From NCBI GenBank assembly GCA_047967505.1, contig CM106538.1: a DNA stretch of 64,000 bases, one strand, 5' to 3'. The DNA comes from Dipteris shenzhenensis (lineage: Eukaryota). Below, piece after piece: positions 1-12,900 of this stretch. Numbering within the stretch: position 1 is the first letter of the stretch; each line of letters opens with the position of its first letter. Below the pieces are notes generated by a model, which worked only from the letters and a program-made list of their open reading frames with translations, was not told the origin of the DNA and did not search any database. Made by a program: the position numbers and the translations under genes.

Positions 1-174
1 GGATGGAATTCTTTGTGAAAGGATCAAAGAAGATTGACTTTTCGGCATTGCAGTTTTTACTAATGCATGAAAATCAATCTTTGTTTGCCCGTCTCTCAAT
101 ACTACTCACTTTTCCTACTGCAATCTCTAAGGATGCATGATTTCAAACCATTTGTGTAGGTTTGGGGTCTATCC

Positions 175-995
175 AAACAACTTGTATGGAGGTTCAGGTG
201 AGATAATCTTTGGAACAATGCAACACAATGATTATGAACGAGATTTGTTTGTTAATGATGTAACTTTGAAGAAGTAGTCAATTCGTAGTCCATTTTGTGT
301 AGTTGTCTTGTTTGGTTTTATTACATGGTTTGAAAACGTTCAAAGAAATTTCATGAGAAATGATTCTTTTCCACTCTTACTATCAATAGTTTTCTATAGA
401 ATATTGCTTGAAATAGATTTTGAGATTTTTGAGAGCATATAATTTGTTTTAAAGCAAGAACCATCAAATTTAGCATTCTTGGAACACAAGAGGGATGACT
501 GGGAGGGACAAGTTTGATCACATTTTTCTTTCAAAGAACCTTGCTCCAAGAATCAGGTACTATTCATTCATGTAGTTTTAGAATGTTTTCAGTTTTCAAC
601 TCAAATCAGGGTGTATGAGAGCAACTTGCATGGAGATTCAAGTGAGAAAACCTTTAGAACAATGCAAGACAATGAAAAAAATGAGATTTTATAATGCAAC
701 TTTGAATAATTAGTTAATTTGTAGTTTCTTTTCGTAATTTTGTTGTTTTCTTTTAATACATGATTTGAAGAGGAAGAAAGTTTTTTTTTTTTTTTTAGAT
801 ACACTCTTACTATTGAGATTTTTTACAAAATATGGTTTGAAATAGATTTGGAGTTGTTTGGAAGCATATAATTAGTTTTGGAGAAAATTCCATCAACTTC
901 AGCATCCTGGATTACAAGAGGGACCATTGAGGACAACAAGTTTGATCACTTTTTTCCTTCAAATATCCTTGTGACATATTGTTCATTCACATAGT
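175..995. repeat. Diverged direct duplication, period about 440 bp (about 175-575 vs about 620-995)
   Basis: Shared blocks in the same order, e.g. caacttgtatggaggttcaggtgag / caacttgcatggagattcaagtgag, cactcttacta, gaaatagattt and acaagtttgatcac. Units carry GT/AG-like sites and may be duplicated upstream exons of the adjacent transposase. Confidence 0.7.
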
Positions 996-1149
996 TTAAT
1001 AGTGTTTGATGATGAGTAAATATTTTTTTAAATTTCTAGATTTCAATCATTAGATTGTGCATGCAGCTAGGGTGTTCATTTTTGCTAGGTTTGATACTTT
1101 TTGGAAACATGACATGTTTGTATATTGTTTGTCAATGCTATATTATACT

Positions 1150-3857
1150 AGGTGGAAAGTGTTTGAAATCATACCAGCCCCTTGAAATTAAAAAAAGGTG
1201 AATATCCATTTTCAAATTAATGCAAAGAATGCACCATCTTTAAAGAGGAATGAATCCTCCTTAGCAAGTGAAAATGATTTAGTAGCTCTTTAAAATCAAG
1301 GAAAAACACATATGGATTCGTGGTTAGAAGGCAAAATATATCTAGTAGATCCACAGACTTGTCAAACTTCTCAATTCCATGGATTGACCAGCTTAATAAA
1401 GTTTTTGCATAAGGGTGAGAATGGTTCGTTAGGATATTGTCAAATGTTGATTGCTCATGGAGCAAGTAGCCTTCACAACCAATATCAATATTTGCTTAAT
1501 GAAAGTATAAAAAGGATTGCAATGTTGGAGGCTTGGAATCAACATTTGGTATCATCTATGCAAGCTAAAAGTGTTCAAATGTCTACATATGATGGCATAG
1601 AGAAGCAAAATCAGTAATTACAGGTAAAGGTTTAGACATTTGCTCAATTGGCAGAGAGCACAATAAATGCAATTCACTTATAGATGCAAAACACAGCTCT
1701 AAAGGATGACATCAAAAAGTTAGAAAAAACATTATCATTCGTGAAGGATACTGCAATGGGTCCAAGACTACGTAAGAGGAAATTGTGTCCAATGGATGAA
1801 ATATCCAAGAAAAGTGGTCATTAGAAGCGTCGTTGCAGGAGTGCTTCAGAACTCATGTCTATCCATGATGGACACTCTGGTGCTATGGGTGAAGCGTTTA
1901 TGGAAAAAGTATTGGAGTCTGTTATACGACATCCGAAATTCAAAAGTATAAAATGAGAGATAACTTCTAAGTCAATGAACAAAGTTGTGGAGCATTTCAA
2001 TGCAACTAGTGCACAGGGTGTTTATGATATTGTAGGGAGCAGTACAAGGGCATGTCGGCTCATATTTAAGAGCTTAAATGGCAACATCTCTTTTTGTGGA
2101 AGAGAAATTTAAAGCCCCACTTCCCAAACTGACTGATGTTGATAAGGCCAGGCATGCACTCAATTTGGGTGTACTTAATTTAGTCGATGAGCCTCACAAT
2201 GTATGTAGTACACTAACTTTCAAAACAAAGGTTGGAGAGTCTAAAGAATTGGAATTGACAATCAACAACAACTTTGTGATGGATGTTCGAAGAGTTGTGG
2301 AAGCCATGGTGAAGTTTTATGATATGTCTATGGAGGAATGCAATGGCCAACTAAAGATTGTACTAAAACTTGATGAAAGTGAGGTGGCCAAAGGTCAAAA
2401 ATTAGAAAGAGTTAGTTTGACAATGATGAATAGAATATTGGACCTTGAAGTTGAGGATGATGAAAGACATTTCAATGTGCAATTAGAACAAGAGAATTGG
2501 TGGTTGGCTGCCTAATTTGAGGTATCATGGAAATTTGAATTCTAATGCGGTAATGTAAAAAGACTTAGAATATTTTGAAATAATATGTGAGTGTTTTTTC
2601 CAGGTGCCAAAAGAGTGACATCCAATTTTGAAGTGTTTTTTTGACCAAACTGATGTCCCAAGTGTGATCAAAGGTCATAACAATGGTGAGTTGCTTGAAG
2701 TTGAGGGCTATGGATCCTACCGTGTAGAATGGCATCTATCTGCTGCTGACCTCGATACTATTAAATGTATGTTTAATGTGGCACATGGAGCAAATACAAT
2801 CCATCCTTGCCCACTGTGCATGCAAACGAGAGTACCTACAAAGGGTGATAAAAGGAATCAAAAGCAATGGTCTTTTGAACATGCAGAGATAGATCAAACT
2901 AAGGCACTTGATAGAGATGTTCTAGGGAAAGATCCATCATGGAGAGAGTACGCATTTGTGTGCTTCAAGCTATTGTGAAAATAATTGAAAACTTGGTGCA
3001 TCTGTACATCATTAATGCATATAACTTGAAGCCCCAACAAGAATTGAAAAGGTTCTTTCAAATATGAGACTACACTCTAAGCAAGTAAAGATTACAAAAG
3101 ATGAGAAAAGATCTAGAAAAATAGGCAATGTTCCTTGTAAACCAAGCTTTGGTGGTGTCAAGGCTTTAAAATTCATTGAATGAGGGGGGAAGGGGAAAAA
3201 AATATTGGAAAAGGCTCAAGTGTAATTAGCTATTCATAGCTTGGTACCTTTAATACAAAATAAAAGATTCAAAGATGATGATGAACAACGTTTCATCAAT
3301 GTTGTGAATGACTTTAGCCAGAATATGGAGATAGCTTGGGGAAAGAATCATTTTACACAATACATGGTAATCTCTAACTTGGACATTGAGATGTGCATAT
3401 TGAATGGTCCTATAATTACTAATTCGTTTTTCTATTTGGCAAAATATTTTATATGCTCATGCACCATACATGGCATGAAATTGTGGAAGCATTAGAGTGT
3501 GGTCCAGTCAAGGTGGCATGGAAAGATTGCATTGGCAAGCACCTTGTGCATATAAAAGAGTGACCCAACATGGGGGTGGTAACTAAGTCAAGCCCGATGG
3601 TTCAATTGGTTCAATGGTGGTACATGCATATCAAAATAAGAGCAGCTACAACACTATCATTCAAAAAGTCCTTAGTGTCCCATGCAGTGCATGATGTTAA
3701 TGCGAAACGTTGAACAAATATATACAAATCATCAAATGCAAGATAGAATCATGCAAGGTGGCATGCAACCCATCGTAGACAAGGGTGCATATGGGTAGAG
3801 ACAGATGAAAATGAAAATGATGGTGTAGCCTCTTCCAATTTGGATGCCCATGCATAA
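1150..3857 (+). pseudogene. RAG1/Transib-like DDE transposase, degenerate, intron-containing (copy 1)
   Basis: Motifs in order: LKIVLKLDESE (D at 2372); intron 2522-2603; EWHLSAADLDTIKCMFNVAHGANTIHPCPLC (D at 2748, CxxC); FTQYM, an intron, then ILYAHAPYM..CGSIRVWSSQ. This parallels RAG1 core D600, D708, C727/C730, H937/H942 and the WASEGNE (E962) segment. Many stops and frameshifts; 5' limit approximate. Confidence 0.7.
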
Positions 3858-4051
3858 GTTTCAAAATTTCTTTGTAATTCTAGTTATGTAATTTTCAGTA
3901 AAGCCAACGTATAATGCCCATGAATTTAGTACAAATGAAAATTTTTGAGTTCTTCGATGTTAATTATAAGTATTTAGCTCAAGGTTGCACCAAATTTTTT
4001 TTTTAAGAGTTTTTTTTAACAACAAGTATTTTTAAAAATTAGGATTTTGGG

Positions 4052-4063
4052 CCCTATATAAAA
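4052..4063 (+). promoter_or_regulatory. TATA box of the H3-like gene (copy 1)
   Basis: ccTATATAAAag about 140 bp upstream of ATG 4194, followed by a CT-rich leader; conserved in copy 2 near 20955. Confidence 0.6.
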
Positions 4064-4193
4064 GAATAGGCCCTCATCTTCATTTCATTGTTTGAAGAGC
4101 TCTCTACTCCCACACCACTTGCATTTGCCCCTAACATTTCCACCCTTTCTCACGCACCCTTACCCTTTCTCTCACACACTCTCTCCATCCTCC

Positions 4194-4948
4194 ATGGCCA
4201 GCAGTCCCAAGATCAAGGCACCAAAGAGATTGGCACAGCAAAACCCACCTCTAGACTCAGAGAAAGAGAGTGATATCCCCCCCTCCTCTCCTCCCAAAGA
4301 TCCCCACTGAAGGGGGAAAATGCCATTCTGCCATTCTGGAGGCCACAGAGGGAGCAAGGGGTAGGGCCACATATAGAGGGATAGAGGAAAGCACAAGAGG
4401 ATCATGATGTAGAGATCGATGACTTAGAGAGCATGGAGGAGGAGCATGAGGAAGAGCAATAGCAAAGGACCTATTCAAGAATAGAGAATCAGTGTCCACC
4501 CCCACAGGGGAGAGGACACCCACCTCCAGGTCTAGGACAAAGAGGGCCTCCACATCCAACAAGAGGCCCTCCACATCAAGGACAAAGAGTCCCTCCTCTA
4601 GTGAGGAGATACAAGTTCAAGCCAGGGACTGTGGCACTTTGGAAAATAAGGAAGTTTCAAAAATATATCAATCTGCTCATCCCAATGGCAAGCTTTGCAA
4701 AGGTGGTACGTGAGGTCATGTAGGACCTCAACAATAGCCCCATGCCCCAGTATTACAGACATGGAGTTGTGGAGGCTCAATGGCGTATTTCCAGAGATGC
4801 CCTGCTTGCCTTGCAGCATGTAGCTGAGACCTACCTAGTAGACCTCATGGATGACACCCAGCTAGCTACAATCCACTAGAAAAGGGTCACTGTGACCGCC
4901 AAAGATATCCAGTTTATTGTCTGTCTTAGGAAGCCCAAGGGCACTTAG
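4194..4948 (+). pseudogene. Divergent histone H3/CENH3-like gene, intronless, long N-terminal tail (copy 1)
   Basis: Histone fold from about 4600 reads RRYKFKPGTVALWKIRKFQKYINLLIPMASFAKVVREVM*DLNNSPMPQYYRHGVVEAQWRISRDALLALQHVAETYLVDLMDDTQLATIH*KRVTVTAKDIQFIVCLRKPKGT*. The tail begins MASSPKIKAPKRLA. Internal stops and a tail frameshift. Confidence 0.9.
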
Positions 4949-6686
4949 GTTTTTTGTATATATGCCTTGGGTGGATAGTTAGAGTTCATGTACTCTGCCT
5001 AAATTCTCCCTAAATTGGGCATTTGTTTTGTATAATCCTCTTTTCAATATAATAAAGTGTCTTTTTTTTCATTGTCTTTGTATGTGCAATCTCAAATTTA
5101 TTTTCATCGTATTTGCAATCTACAATTTACTTACATGCAATCTCAATTAACTTACATGCAAAAGGAAACAATATTCCGTAACAAATAAGAAAATAATTTG
5201 AAAATTGTATTCTTTATTGACATAGAGTGGTATCCCTTTTTTGCTTGCTAAAAGAAGAGAGGGTTGCACAATTTTATTCTCTATAGCCTAGGGATCTGTA
5301 ACACTAGCTAGCACGACAATAGCTATGATGCTATGGAGAGGTCCGGATCGTGTGTCACAGAACAAAAATAAAGCTACACTACACCTAACCAAAGGTGCCC
5401 CATGGCTCCTTCTCGATTTTATAATACCTAGGAGAACAAGTGGAGGGCTAGCACAAAGATTCTTGCCACCTCATCCTGCTCTTCCCTTTCCCTTTCATGA
5501 AATATTATTTCTTGAACTATACACAACCACCCTACATGGGACCAGTACACTTGAAGAAGTCCAAGATTGGACTTGCCACCTCCACCAATTTATACTATAT
5601 ATCCCATTGACCTTGGCCATATCTCACTTAATGCTTGCATGAGACTTCCTAGGTGGAGGGTTAGCACATGGGGATGCCTTGCCAATTCGTCATACTATAT
5701 TATTTCTACCATGGACCATGTACAACACACCTATGGGTCCTCTTACATGGCACATGGACTTGCCCTACCACCTTAACCTACTAGATATTATTTTTGCCAT
5801 GGACTATGTATAACACACCTATGGGTCCTCTTACATGGAAGCATGGCACATGGATTTTCCCAGCCACATCAATCTTGGGCCCTTAGCACACTATATTTTA
5901 TTCCACTAGTGCCATACACATTCACACATAGATTTATTTATACCATTTTCCCTGCTAAATTTTTGCCTATAACAACACACGCACGCGCACACACACATAC
6001 ACATGTGAATATTTAATAGCATATATGGTTTTAAAAAAAGTAATGTATATGCTACAATTTTCCCTTTGCCAAATTCAAGGCTCTATTTTGAAAAGAAAAA
6101 GTAGATGAATTGGGGCATTAGCGTTATGCATTGCTTTCAAATAGATGTAGATAGATATCATAAAGGTATAAGATTATTTTGCCCGATAAGTACATTGGGA
6201 CTACATGACATTGTAATGGCATAGCACATGTGACATGATTCGTTATTCCATAGCTATATGAAATACATGCAAAAAGAAATCTTGACTTTGAAGTTGATTC
6301 TTGCTTTAGCAACGGTTGGAACAACTGTGCTTCAATTTAAACAGCTCCAACGCTTTCTTGATTGCTACCATATGCCCCTGTGAGAGCCAAATAAGGATAG
6401 TTTGTTATTGAAATCACTCAAAGAAAATGGCATCATTACATGTGATCTCTCTGTAAACTTATCAATGTACTAACCACTAAAGAAAAGCAAGCTTAGGCTA
6501 TTTGCATGAACTCTTCTTGTTAATTGAGATGTAGAGAAATAAATTATGGAAGTAAAATGTAATGTTCTCCTCCATGTCTTGCTTATGATCATAAGAGTTT
6601 GGTTCAATTTTCTATAAGGTACAAGTTTGCATCAATTAGGGATGATTATTTATGGAAAATATGCAACATTGTTCAAATAGTGATTC

Positions 6687-8463
6687 TTATGTACCTTTTT
6701 CTTTGATGATTTCATTCGCAAGATTTTTGACGGTCTCTGCACATCCGAAAGAGAGAGTAAAACCTGAACAAAGTTACAAATGGATTTAATATGGTGTGAA
6801 AAAAAAAGGTGGTATCTGTGAATAGGGCTTTCTCTTGGTCCTTTGTAAAGTTTATACATCCCAAGCCTTGATTATGAGTAGGTGTGGAGTTAGAACCAGA
6901 GTGATTCTCGAGGGCCTTTTGAAGGCATTTCCCGAAGGTATTTCCTAGGCTTTGGAGGGAGATGGCACAAATCGTGGATCTACATATTACATGGAGACCA
7001 GCCAAGAAGTAGAATATTGAATAACTTTCATCACCTATGGAGTATAATTAACGATACTATAAAAAGCCTTACGTACTTATTTAATGATCCTATTCAATCC
7101 TTCTTTCAGCATAGTGACCTGCTTAAATTATTAAAGGACGCTATAAAAGAAAGTGTTCATGAAGTACCCGATCCACCATGACCATAGTTATGGATAATAG
7201 GGGTTGATGGCACACGCTCAACACGCACACCGTTGATGCGTGCTGGTCGAAGTCCAACTGCGACGCTGTATAATCGATCAATAGGCGCATCGGCGAGCTT
7301 GGGAAGGAAACGTATATTTCTTTCATACATGTCCTTCAAGGGAGGATAGCTTTCCTGGAAATCAACAGAGTACATAAGTAAAAGATCCGTATCGCAATCT
7401 GGGTCGAACAGACCGAAAAATCTTCAATTCACTCAGTTTTTACATTTTCAAGACGTATTACCATGTCTATGTCCAAGTTCGCTTGATCTTTTTCGACTAT
7501 GCCACCCACACAGACGGTGTTGTCATTGCGGGGCACAATATAAACCATGTCGTTGGCCTTCTGACGTCCATCTAGGGACACACACATGGCCTCAGTGATG
7601 ATCTTTTTCTTCGTACTTACTATATTGTTCACTCGCACAAGGGCTCCACGCAGAGGGTACACAGTGTCATCTCCAGCTAACTCTCTGGATCCAAGGCCCG
7701 CGCAATTGATAAGTAAGTCGGCGTCGTACCGAGCGACGAATGGCTTCCAAGCTTCCTTTTTCGTTATGTCACCTCTCACCGGTTTCCTTAACCGAAATAG
7801 GCGAGCTCCAGGCATTTCCGACACTTTCTTCGTTAGCCAAAACATGTACTCATCGGTGTCGATCACCGGAGCTTTGTATCGATATGCATCCTTAATTTCA
7901 TATTCTTCGTTGATACGTAGATTCTTTATGATCTCTGGACTATGTTGAAAGTTTTCTATCCTTTTCTCAGCTTGGATCTCGTCTTTCTTCTTCTTTTGAC
8001 GTGGGTTTTCGTCCACCATCTCGAAGAAGAAGAAATTAGCCATGCACATACGGACTCCGGGGGTGCCCTCCTCCGCCAGCTCCCTGAATTTCTCGTAAGA
8101 GATAATGCACCACGCTTTCGATTTCGTTACAGATGTCTCGTTAGTGTGAGAGCCTGCTCAAAACATCAACGGAAAGAGAACGAAGACCGTTAGACGGCTT
8201 AATAATACAGCCCACTGGTTGAAGGAAGTGCTTCTGATCACAATAACGACGGTTTTCCTACCGCAAACGGACGGAGGCCACTCCCAAAGGGCGCCAGCGA
8301 TCTGGGAAGTAATGCGCTGTGTCGGGGAAGCGAATTCCTTAGCAATGACAGTGACTAAGTAGCCATGTTGAAGCAAAGTATATGCGGTGGTGAGACCAGT
8401 GACACCTCCTCCGATGGTGAGTGCATGGGGATTGCGGGGGGGGATTGTGGTCGAGTGAGCCAT
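6687..8463 (-). CDS. D-amino-acid oxidase (FAD-dependent, DAO family), 4 exons, 385 aa
   Basis: Exons 8463-8262, 8153-7462, 7354-7168 and 6763-6687 have GT-AG introns with consistent phases and total 1158 nt. Motifs: IGGGVTG (Rossmann), TSQIAGALWEWPP, INCAGLGS, PLRG, YIVPR, VGLRPAR, HNYGHGGSGFTLSFGCA. No internal stops. Confidence 0.92.
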
Positions 8464-8540
8464 GGCATAACAGAACGCGGTCGATGGAGCAACAACGCTA
8501 CTGAACACATAAGCAGCCTGCATTACGCGGGAAGATGCTG

Positions 8541-8604
8541 GCCGGCAAATCCAACTAATTTGCGAGTTAGCCGGCAAATCCAACTAATTTGCAAGTTAGC
8601 CGGC
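8541..8604. repeat. 29-bp tandem duplication upstream of the DAO start
   Basis: gccggcaaatccaactaatttgc(g/a)agtta twice, plus a further gccggc. Confidence 0.85.
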
Positions 8605-9971
8605 GTGCCGTATTGGAGAAGTCAACTAATGGAGGAATTAAAAACTTCTAAGGGGTACATAAATTGTCGGGGGGAGAGGCATACTTCCTTACTTTACCTT
8701 TGTTTTTACAATTGAATATAATCATCTAGCTTTTTATGAACAACTTCACTTTTGTCAATTTAATTATAGGTAGCCTTCTTTATTCACTTTCTTTGTCCAG
8801 GAGTACCTCAACATTAATAGGCATATTTGTAGTGTCTTTGTATGCATCTCATTACAAAATAGGATTAACTAGGATTGGGTAGGGAGCCCCTAGAATCTAG
8901 TCATTGTTTGCTCGGGTTGTAGCCATTTTTTGTCAAGTTCACATAATTTTTTCTATATAGGTATTTTGCATGAGCCATAACTTATGCATTGCTCAATGGA
9001 ATTCGACAAACTTCGTCTTCAAGTTGTACTACACATTCCAAACTTTAACATGAGTCAAAAAATTTAAGGAATAAGGATTTGGAACAAGACCATTAAAGCA
9101 TTACAAGTGCTATGTTGCATGTCATCTTGAAGACTTTAAGATATAGCAATTTATTCAAAAACATCAAGATTTGGTTCTATACATACATGCAACCAAGTAA
9201 TCATTCAAAACTACGCTACGTGAGCTTCTTCTCAACCCAAGGACACACCTAATTAATGAGAACATTAGGCATGGGTTAACGGGCCTCCAATGTTGTGCTA
9301 AAGTGATGCATACCCATTTAAGAGTACGCTCCATAACGTTTTTTTTATTTATTGAAAACCAAAACGGATTGAAAATTTGGAATTCAAACTAGTGGGAATA
9401 CTGCATGGTGGTCTTAAAACATTGATAGTTGTTAGTATTGGTATCTAGATTCACCCTAAAATGGAAGAAGTTGAAAAAGTGCAATTTGTGCATGTGCAAA
9501 TATCTTTTAATAAATCCAACACTATTTACAATTTTAAATTGTTTCTTTTTCCATGCACTTGCGTGCTATATGGCTCATAAGCATGCCAAGGGTCATTGCA
9601 TTTCATAATACAGAGAATCAAACCCGATAGCATGCCCTTTAGCTTATTTGTGTTTTGAAGCATTTTAGGCCACATTGCACTTGTTTGGGATATCTAATTC
9701 TGCTGACGTGTATTGTCGGAGAGGAAAAAATCGACGGCTAAAAATTTTTCTACTCCTGTGAATTCTGAATTTTCACATCGCCCGCCCATCAAATCTTGGA
9801 AGATTAAATACCTACAACCTGTCCCCACCCTGCAAACACCCTGCAACCCGCACGCACCTCAACGTGACCTTACGTAGACTTTGGTTTGCTATTGTCTTCT
9901 TTTGGATAAGTTGTCTTCTGTTCTTTGCTTGCCTCACCAGCTAGCTTTTCTAGGTCTATTCTAGACTGATC

Positions 9972-12900
9972 ATGGCCATGGCCTCAATGGCAACATGCAG
10001 TTCGCCATGGCTTGCAAGAGAAGCAAATAGAGGCTACGAGACAGGAAAGCTGAAAAGCCAAGTCAAGGCACAAGAAACATATTGTGAGTCGAGGAAAGCA
10101 CTGGCACGGTATCACAACGGCAACGGAAGACACTTTTGCAACATCTGCAAAGGGAGAAACAACAAGAAGAAAGAAGAATACTTGGAGAGCGGCAACTGCA
10201 AGAAGCAGTTGCCAGTGTACGCATTCAATCATTGCCATCGGAGCGAACAGAAGCTGTGGTGTGATGATTGGTGGGAGCATTCAAGGCAGCAACATCAAGC
10301 CATTCAGGTGATTACCAGTCTCGAGTCTTCACAAGCTTTAGCCTGCACCCTAAAGTTCATAGAGTAATAACCCTACCAACACCTGGGGAGATGCATGCCC
10401 AAGAGGCGATGCTCACCCCTACAAAAGTGAAAGGGGTGCACAGCTTAGATCATCTAGCTGCAAAGAGGGCGACATTAGCTATGTTGGTGTCACCTGAAAC
10501 AAAGGAGAAATGGCTTGGATGCACAATGTCAAATATGTTATCAATCATAAGGACCAATGTGACTCCATCGCTTGAATGTAGAGCAGAAGAAATGCACGAT
10601 CATCCCAATTCGAGAAGTCTGAGTCTATGGGCTTCAACAGAATGCAAGAAAAGGAGAGAGAGCCTAAGTGCGGAAGTCATTGCTACAGTGACAACATTTT
10701 GGCATGAAAATACGTGAGTTTCTCCAAATAGAAAGGACATCTGTAAAAAGCAGATGGGATGCAAGGTGTTTGAGGAGCACATCATACACATACTAGATAC
10801 AACGCAAGTCAGTGGTACCTAAACTAGCCAGGTGATTGTTTGTGATTGAGCTTTGGGATAGTTTACTTGTTTCATTTCTTAAACCAAGCTTGGACTAAAT
10901 GTGATTGTCCTAAACCAACCCGGTGGTTGGAACATCATGCAATCGTAGGCTGGTTCAACTCAATCTCCAGTTATGTGATTGTCCTGAATCAGCATGGTTG
11001 AACATAGATTACTTGTTTTCCAACCCGATGGCATCGTTGAGCGAAAATTAATTCAGCTCAATCACCAGTTATGTGATCGTGTTGAACCAACATGCTTGAA
11101 CAAACATTAGTTATTGACTAGCCCGGTGGTAAAAATTATTGTGCTTCTTAGTACTTAAATGCATTAAAGTTAATTTCGTACTATTCGGGTCATATACCAC
11201 TATTTCTAGACCGAGATGGCTTGGACATAATGTGATTGTCCTAAACCAACCCGGTGCTGGTTCATGACAAACAACAAGCACTTATTGACATAAATTGTGA
11301 TTCAAATTGTGAATTTTAGAAATGAAAAGCAATATATTGTTATTTTCTAATTGTGAAATTCAAAAATAAAAAGCAATATACTTGTTATTGTCTAATATGT
11401 GAAGGTGAGACTTTCAAGCTAAACTAGCCTGTTGGTTGAAATTGTGATAGTGCCCTAAACCATTCCAGTGGTTGAAATTATGACTATCCTAAATGTGTCC
11501 TAAACCATCCCAATGGTTGACTATCCTAAACGTGTCCTAAACCAATCCGGTGATTGAAATTGTGACTGTCATAAACCAGCCCGGTACTTGAAATTGTGAC
11601 TGTCCTAAACCAGCGCAGTGGTTGAAAATTGTTTTTCTTCATCATTCACTTTAATTAGATTGTGTTTTGACTTGTTTTAGTAGTGTAAAAATGGGGCCCA
11701 GTGTACTGTTGTTCCATTTAAAAAGAGGGCTCACTATTTTGTTGTTTTCACATGTTGGATTAGTAGACGAAGTTGTATCTCAAGTTTAAGGATTAGAATC
11801 CGAACATTGCAATTGGGCAAAGAAGCTTTGAGCATTGTAAGCCCTAGTACCTCAGGAAACTCAAAGACATGAATGTTTGTTGTTGCAAAACACACATAGA
11901 CTTTGACATGGCTTGGCAAGCTATGAATGACTTGAGGTCTGGTCGTGTTTGAGCATTGCTCCATGGGGATTGATGCCCATGCCTCCACAATGAATGCACA
12001 GTCTATGGGCCACCTAGATCCTCATCATGTGTTGCAAGGGAGAGTAGGTTTTGCATCCTAAGGTCTCAATGGAAGCCAGTGGTTTGTCCAAAGGGAGACC
12101 GTGAGTGGCAATGCATTGAATGCATTCATGGCACATACAAGCATTGCAATCTGAAGCTGAAGAAGAAGACATTTCATGTCTGTCCAAATGAAATGAGGGA
12201 AGACAACCATGTTGCTTTAAAATGGAGGAGATTTGAAAATGTCAATGTTGAAGGATCCGATAAAAAGAGATGTCTACTGTCATATAAGAGCACTCAACCA
12301 AGGGAGCTTATAGGTCACGTGGTTCAATCCATCCCAAAATATGTGCTTCGCAACTTCACAGCCAGCAGGATAAGCAGTTCAGGACATGCCTTGCCAATTT
12401 TTCCCATGACACTATTGTCTCTATCGTAGATTTTGCTAATAATTATTCATTTCAAGAACAAGATGAGATACAAAGTGCTCACTGGTACAACAAACATATA
12501 ATAATTCTTGCGCATATCACGTACAATCATTTTCTTGATTCTTCTATGCCTGATGCCAATCTGCTTGCTGACTCACAGGAGTCCAGGTCAGTGCAGCGCA
12601 CATATGATTTCCACATTCCAGATGATAGAAACCATGACACCTTATTTGTGCAGCAAGCTTTTCTACTGCATTGGGAATGGCTGAAAAAGAAAAATCCCCA
12701 TGCAGAAAATATAAAACAGTATTGGTTGTGGTCAGATGGTGCTGCCTCTCAATTTAAATCAGCTCGTGGATTTTACTTTGTCTCAAGGTTCAAATCCCTG
12801 ATCGGTCTAGACATGATGTGGAATTTATTTGAATTTAGCCATGGCAAGGTTGAACATGATGGATGAGGTGCTATTATTAAGTAAGCTCTATTTAAACAAC

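Noticed and set aside
4194-4948. The host's functional CENH3 gene
   Set aside because: Both copies are disrupted and intronless, and show only some of the CENH3 diagnostic residues.
7090-7120. Nearby acceptor (aagcag|gtcact) as the last DAO exon
   Set aside because: It gives GHYAERRIE*, lacking the conserved motif. The exon at 6763-6687 gives GFTLSFGCA in the correct phase.
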